Positions 18,363 to 26,781 of a stretch of DNA of 32,000 bases are shown here, piece by piece. Made by a program: the position numbers and the translations under genes. The stretch spans positions 5,490,001 to 5,522,000 of the forward strand of contig NZ_RSDW01000001.1 in assembly GCF_003945235.1 (NCBI RefSeq). Reading direction: 5' to 3'. The notes below the pieces were generated by a model, which had not been told where the DNA came from, did not search any database, and saw only the letters and a list, made by a program, of their open reading frames with translations. The stretch is from Edaphobacter aggregans. GTDB lineage: Bacteria; Acidobacteriota; Terriglobia; Terriglobales; Acidobacteriaceae. The first letter of the stretch is position 1; the number at the start of each line of letters is the position of its first letter.

Positions 18363-18872
18363 TGGACTAACCTCACTGTTTGTATTCGGTGAAAACGCCA
18401 GAGCTTGGGCCGGGCTACAGATGCAGTGGCAGTTCATTCCGACGCTATGAATAACTGGGGGAAGAGGAAATTATTCCGCCCGGCATGGAAATTAATAACT
18501 CGTAGATTGACAGAATTCTCCCGATCGGATGCACCAGGTGGGTCGCGCCGTCCCGGGAGGAGCTCGAGCCGAGCCGTGGCGCACCCGGTCATCGAAGAGA
18601 TACACCAGCCTCCCTTCTCCGAGATGAAACTGGGATGTAGCGAATTTGTTCCGAATCGATGGGAATAAACTGTTCGGCTCGCAGTTTGGATGGTGGGAGG
18701 ATCTATTCATGAAAGATGAGCAATAAGTGAAGCGGGAAGACCCGATCCGACACCATAGTGCCTGGAAACGACATGGAATTCGACGTCCCGCCGGAGACCT
18801 AACGACGCGACTTGATCGCGTTTCTGCAGCAAATCCGTAAGGAAGGTCAACGCGAGCTTGATAGGGACATCA

Positions 18873-18899
18873 CCAGACATTTTTATTTGGAATGTCTGG
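18873..18899. promoter_or_regulatory. Perfect 9-bp inverted repeat CCAGACATT-N9-AATGTCTGG in the divergent promoter region; candidate operator
   Basis: Read directly. It lies about 90 bp upstream of the ferritin-like gene ATG (18988). No T-run follows on either strand, so it is unlikely to be a terminator. Confidence 0.3.
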
Positions 18900-18987
18900 A
18901 GCATATTTCGTAAATAGGCTGACCAACAAACTGCCTCGCGCAAGAAGTACTTAGCTTGAGGCCGTACCGAATTGGAGCGTAAAAATC

Positions 18988-20181
18988 ATGAAAGTGAACA
19001 GTCTCCCCTTGACGACGTCTCACGAAGAAATCGTCTCCACTACCCCAGAGGAACTCAACGAAAAATTCAACCGTGTCATTCGTCGTCGCTCTTTTCTTCA
19101 AGGCCTCGGCTTTGCGAGCGCCAGCAGCGCACTGCTTCCAGCCGCAGGCTTGCTCACCGCAAAACAGGGCCACGCCTCGGAGCTGGAACACCATGGCCCG
19201 CTTTCGCGAGGCGACGCCGCTATCCTCCGTTTCCTCGCCGCAGCAGAACTCATCGAAAGCGATCTCTGGACCCAGTACAACGAACTCGGCGGCGTTAATG
19301 GCGGCAACCCCGCCTACATCGCCGCTCTTGAAAATCTCGACGGCGACATGCCCCAATACATCAGCGACAACACCGACGATGAGCTAAGCCACGCCGCCTT
19401 CCTCAACGCGTACCTGAAGTCGAAAGGCGCACAGCCCGTCAATCTCGACGCCTTCCGAACGCTCCCCAGCAGCCAGGCAACCGGAGCGAAACAGATCGGT
19501 CGCCTCACCAACCTCCTCAACCTCGACGTCGACCTCAGCTGGTACACCCGCTACCGCAGCGAAGAGAATCCCGACTTCGGCGCCAAATTCAAAGGCCCAT
19601 TCACCATCTCCAACCAGCCCGCGGTTCCCCTGAACGACACCGATACCCCTCCCAACACGCCGCAACCCGCCCCTCCAATTACCCCGCAGTCCCGCCGCAT
19701 GCAGGCGATCGCCAACACCGCTGGCTTCCACTTCGCTTACATCGAACAGGGCGGAGCCAGCCTATACACCAACATGGCTCTCAAGGCCAGCGATCTGGAG
19801 GTTCTGCGCATCGTGGTTAGTATCGGCGGGGTTGAGGTCGATCACTTCGGCCTTTGGCACGACAAAGCAGGCAACGCCGTCGCCACACCTCTAGCCGGTC
19901 TCATCGATCCCGTTACCGGACTCACCTTCCCCGACCTCAACGCACCCCCAACCGAGCTCACCCAGACCAACCTCATCCTGCCCGAACCCTGCGACTTCAT
20001 CAAAGGAGAGAAGCTGCCCCCCTGTTCCGTCATCCGTCCCTCTCTTACCGAGAACGCAGGGGCGGTTGCGACTATCAAATCGTTTACAGCCGATTTGCTC
20101 TTCGCCGGCCAATCCACTGCATTCTTTGAGTTCATCATGGAGCTGGCCGTCGAGGCCGACGCAGCCCGCCGCGATTTATAA
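18988..20181 (+). CDS. Tat-exported ferritin-like domain protein
   Basis: The twin-arginine signal VIRRRSFLQGLGFASASSALLPAAG is followed by DAAILRFLAAAELIESDLWTQYNELGG and DDELSHAAFLNAYL, typical of ferritin-like (di-iron four-helix-bundle) secreted proteins. Confidence 0.8.
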   Translation: MKVNSLPLTTSHEEIVSTTPEELNEKFNRVIRRRSFLQGLGFASASSALLPAAGLLTAKQGHASELEHHGPLSRGDAAILRFLAAAELIESDLWTQYNELGGVNGGNPAYIAALENLDGDMPQYISDNTDDELSHAAFLNAYLKSKGAQPVNLDAFRTLPSSQATGAKQIGRLTNLLNLDVDLSWYTRYRSEENPDFGAKFKGPFTISNQPAVPLNDTDTPPNTPQPAPPITPQSRRMQAIANTAGFHFAYIEQGGASLYTNMALKASDLEVLRIVVSIGGVEVDHFGLWHDKAGNAVATPLAGLIDPVTGLTFPDLNAPPTELTQTNLILPEPCDFIKGEKLPPCSVIRPSLTENAGAVATIKSFTADLLFAGQSTAFFEFIMELAVEADAARRDL

Positions 20182-20224
20182 TCCCGGCCCCGCCGTCGGA
20201 CCAGTCGTGTCTAATTGCATCCAT

Positions 20225-20257
20225 ACGGCCCCTCGCTTACCAGGGGCCGTCCTTCTT
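20225..20257 (+). terminator. Intrinsic terminator candidate after the ferritin-like gene
   Basis: acggcccct-cgcttacc-aggggccgt is a perfect 9-bp GC-rich stem followed by CCTTCTT. It starts 44 nt after the stop. Confidence 0.55.
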
Positions 20258-20454
20258 GGCCGTGGCACCTCACTTCGTCTTTGTCCCGCGCAACAAAGCG
20301 GAGGCCCCACTTCGCCGGAGCCACTCATCGGAGTCTCTCGTGCGCCGCTTTGAGAACCTCCGATCCCTTCTCAAAAGCCACGTTACGCGATACCGAACAT
20401 CGCCCTCAAGATCAAGCCGGGGCCTATGGCTAAAGAGATAATGAGAGTCGCGAA

Positions 20455-20473
20455 GGTGGCCAATGGCGCCACC
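20455..20473 (-). terminator. Weak hairpin downstream of the HEAT-like gene
   Basis: ggtggc-N7-gccacc, followed on the minus strand by a moderately T-rich tract. It lies about 25 nt past the stop at 20499. Confidence 0.3.
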
Positions 20474-20498
20474 AAAGGATCAGCGTCTGATTCATGCG

Positions 20499-20924
20499 TC
20501 ACCTTGGAAATAAAGGCTTCGGGTCGCCACGTTTTCGGGAGGCTAATACTCGGACCATAACGTCGGCGTCATCGTGCAGTCTTACCAGTAGAGACACTGG
20601 CGTGCTGCTATTTTGGGCAACTCCTCTGCGGACAAAGACGACTGGATCTTCGGCGAGCTTCCCGAGTACCGGTTTAGCCGTCATCGGATTGCATGCCACC
20701 CACATGCGGACATCGGAATCCGGATCCTGTGACAGCTTCCGCAGCAAATCCTGGTCATCGGTGTTAGCAGCCATCCACCGCAACCAATCGATCTCTTCGG
20801 CGCGCAACTCGCCAAGCGTGCGTGGCTTTTCCCGGAGCCACGCGACCGCGTCCTCTGTGAAATAGAGGCCCTCGTAGACTGCTATTAAATCGTTGCCAAT
20901 CACATCGTTCAGCCAATCCGACAT
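20499..20924 (-). CDS. HEAT/LRV-like repeat protein
   Basis: Repeats of the D(P/D)xxxVRxxVAxNxxTP type: DPDSDVRMWVACNPMT, EDPVVFVRRGVAQNSSTP, DDADVMVRVLAS. I prefer the ATG at 20924 (AAGGAGG upstream) over the TTG at 20951 in the track. Confidence 0.65.
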   Translation of the reverse strand: MSDWLNDVIGNDLIAVYEGLYFTEDAVAWLREKPRTLGELRAEEIDWLRWMAANTDDQDLLRKLSQDPDSDVRMWVACNPMTAKPVLGKLAEDPVVFVRRGVAQNSSTPVSLLVRLHDDADVMVRVLASRKRGDPKPLFPR

Positions 20925-20943
20925 CCGACCTCCTTGCACTTCT

Positions 20944-21723
20944 TCAGTCAATGCTTTGCTGTTGCTTCAGGAAGGCGATCAAATCCCGCCGCTCCTCCGC
21001 CTTTGGAACACTAAAGCTCATGTTGTTGTCCTTCACCACGAGATCCGGATCGCTCAGCCACCTCTCCAGCGTCACATCGTTCCACGTCACGCCCAAATTC
21101 TTCAGACCGATGGAATAGGTAAATCCGGCAACGCTTCCTGCCTTCCTGCCATACACTCCAGCCAGCCTTGGCCCCTCGCGATTCACGGCCATCGCATGGC
21201 AGCCTGTGCAGCGCTTTTCAAACACCATCTTGCCTCGCGCAGCATCGCCCGCCCCGCCCAACGCCGCCTCGCTTCCACCTGCACTCTTGCCCAGCATCGA
21301 CAGCGCTCGCACATCGGCTGTGGAAAGTTTTGCGTTCCAGTGCAGCGCCAGATACTGAATCGGAGGCATCTCTTCACTCTTCGCCTCCTGGATAATCTTC
21401 GCCATCAACACATCCTGCTTCTCCGCCGGCATTTCCTCCCATTGCGACAGATCCATCTTTTTGCGCGCCTCAACGATGTCCCTTTCAATTAGCCATGATC
21501 CCGGGGCGACACGCGCATACATTGGCCACCGGGTCTCGCTCGAGTGGCAGTCCGCGCACTTCGTTATGAGCACCGCCTTCGCATCGGCGGGCATCTTAGC
21601 TCCCTTCAGCAGCGTGCCGGGTCCTTTCGGGGGCTCGACACGCGGGTTGCCAAAGGGATGGACGTATCCGAGTCCCGCTACTGCCGCGAGGGTCAGCACC
21701 GCCACGATCCATGTCCGATTCAT
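20944..21723 (-). CDS. Di-haem c-type cytochrome (N-terminal haem-binding domain + class I cytochrome c domain)
   Basis: The start ATG at 21723 (MNRTWIVAVLTLAAVAG, signal/anchor) overlaps the upstream stop (ATGA). It has CADCH in a Haem_bd-like context and CTGCHA...GPRLAGVYGRKAGS...NNMSF (cyt c2-like). The 105 residues the track adds upstream are Arg/Gly-rich shadow. Confidence 0.85.
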   Translation of the reverse strand: MNRTWIVAVLTLAAVAGLGYVHPFGNPRVEPPKGPGTLLKGAKMPADAKAVLITKCADCHSSETRWPMYARVAPGSWLIERDIVEARKKMDLSQWEEMPAEKQDVLMAKIIQEAKSEEMPPIQYLALHWNAKLSTADVRALSMLGKSAGGSEAALGGAGDAARGKMVFEKRCTGCHAMAVNREGPRLAGVYGRKAGSVAGFTYSIGLKNLGVTWNDVTLERWLSDPDLVVKDNNMSFSVPKAEERRDLIAFLKQQQSID

Positions 21724-22730
21724 ACACTTTCCGCCAGCGGTGAATCGACTACAGCCAGATGATTGTGGCCGCGAACGACCTTGACCTTGGTGACTCCTAG
21801 CACGCTCTGCAGCTTGCCTGCGGGTACCATCATCGGGCCAGGATTCGGCGCAGTTCCCGGCGCGGGCTGCGGAAACGCAGTAGCCATCGCGGTGTGGAAG
21901 GCCACATTGCCTTCTACCTTCTGGACGACCTGGTGAATGTGGCCATTCAGCACCGTCACCGAGCCAAAGGGCTTCAGCATTGCAAGCGCCTGCTCGCCAT
22001 CCTTTGTGCCCCATCCCCACTTTTCGTAGACCATCCACAGCGGAATATGCGCAAAGACCACGATCGGCGTCGAATGGCTCAGGCCAGCAAGATCAGACTT
22101 CAGCCACGCCAGCTGGTCGTTGCCCATGTTGCCCATTGCATCCACCTGCACGCAATTGTTCAGGCCTACGAAGTGAACTCCCTTGTGGTTGTAGCTGTAC
22201 CAGCCATTGCCCACGGTGCCCTTGCCGAAGCGCTGCTTGTATTGCACCCCGTCGTCTATAAAGTCGTGCTCACCAGGAACGTAGAACACCTCGCTTTTGA
22301 AGCTCTTGATTACCTCCGCGGCTGTGTCGAACTCCGCTGCCTTCGAGTTCTGCGTGATGTCCCCGGTGTGAAGCATGAAGTCCGGGGCTTTCATGCCCGC
22401 CGGGGCCAGATTGTCCCGATCGATCGCCTTCTTCAGCGTCCCGGTCACATCCGGATTCGCGCCTTTGTTGAATCCGATGTGGCAGTCGCTGATCTGCACG
22501 AAGGAAAAGTCCTCTACCTTCCCGGCCGCGCCCTGTGCAGCCGCGCTGCCGCCCTTCATAGTCTGTGCCAGCAACTTCGACGTCGGCACGCCACCAACCA
22601 TCGACCACAGTAGCCCTGTGCCGGCCCAAGCCATGCACTCCAGAAAATTGCGCCGATCGATGCCGTCTCCCGCGGGTTGCGCAGGGCCCTGGTTCTCCTG
22701 CACTACTTCATCTTTCTTAAACCGATTCAT
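21720..22730 (-). CDS. Tat-exported metallophosphoesterase (calcineurin-like)
   Basis: Twin-arginine signal IDRRNFLECMAWAGTGLLW. Metallophosphoesterase motifs are ISDCHIG, HTGDITQ, PGEHD, FAHIPL and NGHIHQ. Confidence 0.88.
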   Translation of the reverse strand: MNRFKKDEVVQENQGPAQPAGDGIDRRNFLECMAWAGTGLLWSMVGGVPTSKLLAQTMKGGSAAAQGAAGKVEDFSFVQISDCHIGFNKGANPDVTGTLKKAIDRDNLAPAGMKAPDFMLHTGDITQNSKAAEFDTAAEVIKSFKSEVFYVPGEHDFIDDGVQYKQRFGKGTVGNGWYSYNHKGVHFVGLNNCVQVDAMGNMGNDQLAWLKSDLAGLSHSTPIVVFAHIPLWMVYEKWGWGTKDGEQALAMLKPFGSVTVLNGHIHQVVQKVEGNVAFHTAMATAFPQPAPGTAPNPGPMMVPAGKLQSVLGVTKVKVVRGHNHLAVVDSPLAESV

Positions 22731-22938
22731 ATTAAGTTAAGCTCCCGTTTGGTTTTAATTGCCTACACTGCACAAAACTGGCTGAGCTTCTCTTTATTCC
22801 AACGCGTCCGTAATTAATTCATGGAATAATCTGTCTGCTATTCGGTTTACGGTAGTGATGTTCAACAGCCAACACCTGCCGGTCTACGCCGTGTCGTTGC
22901 ATCCCCTCCACCTCAGACAAACCGAGGCACCCCGCACC

Positions 22939-23901
22939 ATGCCGCCCACCATCAGCCGCAGCGCAACCTTTGAAGAACTCGCGCTGCCGCTCTTCGCCTC
23001 ACTTTACAACCACGCTCACTGGCTCACCCACAATCAGTCCGAGGCCGAAGACCTCGTGCAGGAAACCTTCTCCAAGGCCCTCCGTGCCTTCGACTCCTTT
23101 CAGCCCGGCACCAACTTCAAGGCGTGGATCTTCCGCATCCTATGCAATACCTTCCTCACGTCGCGCACCGGCATCGCCACCTCCCGCACCGTCTTTCTCG
23201 AGCAGTATCTCACCGGCTGCCACGCCTGCACCATGGGCGTCCGTTCCGCCACACAGCTCAAAGCCGCTACTGCCCGCGCCGGCCATCGCTTCGCACCACC
23301 CCCCGAAGCCCTCGCCCGCCTCACTGCCCACCTTCATTCGCAGCCACAGGCGGAGACGAGGACAAAGAAACCGGCGCGCATCTACTCAATGACATCTCTT
23401 CGCCCTCTAGCCTGGGCGGCCCTTGCTGCCGCCATCCTGCTGACCGTCTCACTCCTTGGCTGGCGCCAACTCCACCAAACCAATGCCCTCGCTGCGGAAC
23501 TCCTCGATCAGCACCTCGCGAGTCTCTCGAGTGGTGCGACTCCTCAGGTGATCTCAACCGACCGCCATACTGTCAAACCCTGGTTCCAGGGCCGTCTCCC
23601 CTTCAGCTTCAACCTCCCCGATCCCGCCGCCCTGCCCCCCGATACCACTCTCAAAGGTGCGGACCTAACCTACATCAATGGCCAGCCCGCGGCCCTGCTC
23701 TTGTTCAACATTCACAAACATGAGGTCTCAATCTTCCTCACACAACGCGCCCCCGGCCCCATCCTCACCGCGTTGCCCAGCACTCGCTCAGGATTCGCTA
23801 TCCCCTCCACTACGACGCCCGACCTACTCATCGTCGCCGTCAGCGACGTCAACCCGGCCGACCTCGATCTTCTTGTAGCGGCTTTGGTTCGGGCGCAATA
23901 G
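22939..23901 (+). CDS. In-frame chimera: ECF sigma-70 region 2 fused to an anti-sigma factor (partial zf-HC2, TM helix, periplasmic domain); sigma region 4 absent
   Basis: Sigma region 2 reads LYNHAHWLTHNQSEAEDLVQETFSKALRAFDSFQPGTNFKAWIFRILCNTFL. It is followed directly by QYLTGCHAC (the C-terminal half of an Hx3Cx2C anti-sigma zinc finger). Next come the TM helix LAWAALAAAILLTVSLLGW and DRHTVKPWFQGRLPFSFNLPD, typical of periplasmic anti-sigma domains. The start is uncertain: ATG at 22939, or GTG/ATG at 22855/22858. Confidence 0.75.
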   Translation: MPPTISRSATFEELALPLFASLYNHAHWLTHNQSEAEDLVQETFSKALRAFDSFQPGTNFKAWIFRILCNTFLTSRTGIATSRTVFLEQYLTGCHACTMGVRSATQLKAATARAGHRFAPPPEALARLTAHLHSQPQAETRTKKPARIYSMTSLRPLAWAALAAAILLTVSLLGWRQLHQTNALAAELLDQHLASLSSGATPQVISTDRHTVKPWFQGRLPFSFNLPDPAALPPDTTLKGADLTYINGQPAALLLFNIHKHEVSIFLTQRAPGPILTALPSTRSGFAIPSTTTPDLLIVAVSDVNPADLDLLVAALVRAQ

Positions 23902-24078
23902 CTTTGTCCGAATGAGGCGGAGGTCGAGGGTGCCCACGAGGGTACTGAGATTCAGCAATGGCTTTGGACCCCCGGTTGCACCTTCCGGGATAGCTGGAAG
24001 AACCTGGCGAGAGTTGGGCGTAGTAATAGATGTTTGCCGGACAGATGCTTTCTGGCGGTTAGATCCTCTGCAAGTTCG

Positions 24079-24465
24079 TCAGGAGAGGCATTTCCCGGCG
24101 TTATAAATCACAGCCTCTAGCGGGTGCTGCCATTTTTTATCGGGAACTCCGTCGATCTTCAAACGGCTGATGCGGCTTTTCTTCCAGGTCTCTTCGATCG
24201 TGGGCGAATAGACGATGAGTTCGAACACCGACATCGTCCTCTGCGCTCGCTCGGGCGACATGCGGTCATATTCATTGTGCAACTCATCCTTAATCCATTG
24301 GGCCAGGCTCCGAATTTCAGCCTGTGCATCAACAGAGAGGGGCTTCGACTCAAGCAGTTGCAGAGCTTGAGTTCCTTTGTCTGTGATCGTTTGGAGTCGT
24401 TGCAGAATTTCCGTACGGGTCTGATGGTCTCAGTATCGGTCAGGGAAGGGAACTGTTCTCACCAT
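24079..24465 (-). pseudogene. Hypothetical protein ORF interrupted by an in-frame TGA at codon 12
   Basis: Manual translation from the ATG at 24465 gives MVRTVPFPDRY, then TGA (24432-24430), then DHQTRTEILQRLQTITDKGTQALQLLESKPLSVDAQAEIRSLAQWIKDELHNEYDRMSPERAQRTMSVFELIVYSPTIEETWKKSRISRLKIDGVPDKKWQHPLEAVIYNAGKCLS. The only ATG/GTG/TTG start after the stop is the TTG at 24282, which would discard about 50 protein-like residues. Confidence 0.5.
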
Positions 24466-24673
24466 GGTATCTCGCGACAAAGGCGTTCGCGAGTTTTTCA
24501 GCTCGCCACCAGACCCCAGTTCTTTCCGGTGATCTGATCAGTGCGCGTGCCGATCTTGGGAGGCATCTAAACCGCGTCTCCGATAGCGAACAACGCTTGC
24601 TTGTTATGAGAACACTCCCAAAAGCGATGCCGCTCAGCATCCGCGGTTACATCAAGCTGACTGGCCTCGAACC

Positions 24674-26389
24674 TCAAGTGTTGAGAATCGACTCGGAGGC
24701 TGCACGCAACCAAACGGCAATCGCCTTCGCTCCTGGATCGGGATAGCCTAGAACTCGATCCCCAATATAACTAGATCGACCCAGACGGGGTTTCATTTTG
24801 GACGTCGCTTCGACGCCTCGCTCCGCCGCCTCGACTGCAGCCAGGACCGCATCGCGTACCTTGCCACCTACACCCGTCTTCAATTTCCGCACGAATGGCT
24901 CGAGCGCATCCACCATGGTCCGGTCGCCAGGCTTCGCGCCGCCCAATTCGCTAATGGCCTGACACCCTTGATCCAATGCTTCGGCCCACCGCTCCATTTC
25001 GGTTATGCCTGAGCCCTCCAGAACGCTGCCGCAACGCAGGAAAAGCACTCCATAAAGAGGTCCTGAAGATCCACCCAGTTCGCGACGGAGGGTATGACCC
25101 AGCGCTATGAGCGTGGCGGGGACATCGTCCACGGGATATGACTCCACCGCGGCCAGCACAGCTTTGGCCGCACGCTCCATACTGGTGCCCAGATCTCCGT
25201 CGCCTGTAACCCGGTCTAATTCCGTGAGTTCAGCTTTGGCGTCGAGTAGCGCTTTGCACGCGGCCTCGATTGCTTGCTTTGCTTTTTTGCCTGCTTCCGA
25301 TTGCGCGTCGATGCCTGTTAGAGAGCTCACTTTTATGCTGGCCTCCGCCGGGATGTGCGCTTCCGGTTTGCCCGGACGTTGTTTGATGGTATTTGGCCAT
25401 GCGGGAGCCGCGGTCGCTGCGTCGAACCAGCGCAACCACTCATCGTTTAATCCGAGAACGGAGATTGAGATCCCCGCCATATCAAGTGATGAGAGAAATG
25501 TTCCGGCATAAATCCGCTCTACCGCAAATCCCCGATTCTCAAGGAAAGGCGTCACATGGCGAGCCACGATTGCGAGTTCCATCTCCGTGGCTGCCCCCAG
25601 GTTGTTCACCATTACTGCCAATCGCTTTTCGTCGCCGAACTTTCCGCGTTTCAAAATCTCGGTCAACAATGTCTCTGTCAACTCATCCGCAGGCTGCAGT
25701 TCGGTGCGCATTACGCCAGGTTCTCCGTGAATACCGAGTCCAAGCTCCATCTCGCGCGCGCCGAGCTCAAAGCTGGGTTTACCAACTGTGGGCGAAGTTC
25801 CAGCTGAGAACGAAACACCCATTGTCGCGAGCGACTTATCCGCCAGCCTCCCTATTAGGACTAGTTCGGTCAAGCTCTTGCCCTCGGCCGCAGCAGCCCC
25901 AACTAGTTTGTGAATGAAAACCGTACCGGCGAGGCCGCGTGCACCTGTTGCCTGTCCCGTTTCCTTTAGGGCGACATCATCATCTACGATCACCATTTCC
26001 ACTGAAATGCCTTCGGCACGCGCCATCTCGGCTGCGAGGCCGAAGTTCAGCCGGTCACCGGTATAGTTTTTGACCACCAGCAGCGCGCCGGCCTGTCCCG
26101 ACACCGCTTTGATCGCGGCGAAGACCGAGTCACTGCTTGGAGAGGTGAAGACGTCTCCTATCACGGCGGCGCTGAGCATGCCCGTTCCAATGTATCCTGC
26201 ATGCGCCGGTTCATGGCCACTGCCTCCGCCGGAGATTATCGCGACCTGCAGGTCACGGGTTTGCTCTGCATCCGCCCGAATCATCACTTTGTGTCCCGGC
26301 AAACGGGCAGAACCTGGATGAAGCACGACTAGCCCTTGCAACATTTCCTCGACGACTTGTTCTGGGCGATTAATGAACTTTTTCATCAC
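24674..26389 (-). CDS. Dihydroxyacetone kinase, fused DhaK (Dak1) + DhaL (Dak2) single-chain type
   Basis: 571 aa. The Dak1 N-terminus is FINRPEQVVEEMLQGL...ISGGGSGHEPAHAGYIG. The Dak2 domain has LDRVTGDGDLGTSM. Confidence 0.92.
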   Translation of the reverse strand: MMKKFINRPEQVVEEMLQGLVVLHPGSARLPGHKVMIRADAEQTRDLQVAIISGGGSGHEPAHAGYIGTGMLSAAVIGDVFTSPSSDSVFAAIKAVSGQAGALLVVKNYTGDRLNFGLAAEMARAEGISVEMVIVDDDVALKETGQATGARGLAGTVFIHKLVGAAAAEGKSLTELVLIGRLADKSLATMGVSFSAGTSPTVGKPSFELGAREMELGLGIHGEPGVMRTELQPADELTETLLTEILKRGKFGDEKRLAVMVNNLGAATEMELAIVARHVTPFLENRGFAVERIYAGTFLSSLDMAGISISVLGLNDEWLRWFDAATAAPAWPNTIKQRPGKPEAHIPAEASIKVSSLTGIDAQSEAGKKAKQAIEAACKALLDAKAELTELDRVTGDGDLGTSMERAAKAVLAAVESYPVDDVPATLIALGHTLRRELGGSSGPLYGVLFLRCGSVLEGSGITEMERWAEALDQGCQAISELGGAKPGDRTMVDALEPFVRKLKTGVGGKVRDAVLAAVEAAERGVEATSKMKPRLGRSSYIGDRVLGYPDPGAKAIAVWLRAASESILNT

Positions 26390-26539
26390 GAACCAATTTA
26401 ATCAAAAAGATGATCTGACGACCTGTACCGCTCGGGACATAAAAGTTCAAGCCGATAGCCTTGAACATTTCGAGGGCTGGCGGAGCGAGGAGACTAAATT
26501 GATCTCGGAGAAACAGGCGAAGCATTCAAGCTAAGAGGT

Positions 26540-26600
26540 TGATGCTAAGTGGTGGCCAGAGACGGGATTGAACCGCCGATTCCGGCCTTTTCAGGGCCGC
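26540..26600 (-). pseudogene. tRNA-Phe(GAA) 3' fragment (D-loop remnant to CCA); the 5' acceptor strand is missing
   Basis: The minus strand reads ccattggtagg CGGCC CTGAAAA GGCCG gaatc GGCGG TTCAATC CCGTC TCTGGCC A CCA. That is a perfect anticodon arm (anticodon GAA at 26582-26580), a T arm, a 3' acceptor strand, a discriminator and CCA. No complementary GGCCAGA 5' acceptor strand exists upstream, so no cloverleaf can form. Confidence 0.75.
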
Positions 26601-26781
26601 CTACCAATGGACCTAAGTGGCTTAGAATCAACGAACATGATTGCAACGAAAGTTGTTAGACCAGTGCCGATTTAGGATCGTTTGGGATGAGCTGGGATGT
26701 TTCGTTCCAGTATTGTTCCCGTCGATTAAAACCCGCCAGTTAGAACTCGTGGGAGCGACCATTTACCACGAAATAGAACCT

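Noticed and set aside
18405-18960. Small ORFs in the divergent region between the PAP2-like and ferritin-like genes: 18405..18668(+), 18492..18710(-), 18707..18943(-).
   Set aside because: They have no RBS, odd composition, mutually overlapping frames and no recognisable motifs. I treat the region as promoter/regulatory DNA, possibly with old gene debris.
22823-22848. ECF-type promoter (GGAAT-N15-CGGTT) upstream of the sigma/anti-sigma fusion.
   Set aside because: The match to GGAAC-N16/17-CGT consensus patterns is loose, the spacer is short, and there is no independent support. I mention it only as something to test.
24400-24465. Selenocysteine recoding of the in-frame TGA at 24432-24430.
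   Set aside because: I could find no stable SECIS-like stem-loop in the about 50 nt downstream; there is only a CCGTACGG micro-palindrome. The context is not a known selenoprotein family. A pseudogene or a mis-placed start is more parsimonious.
26540-26625. A complete tRNA-Phe gene on the minus strand.
   Set aside because: The 3' two-thirds folds perfectly. The 7 nt needed to pair with the acceptor strand TCTGGCC (GGCCAGA) and a proper D stem are not present upstream, so no cloverleaf can be drawn.
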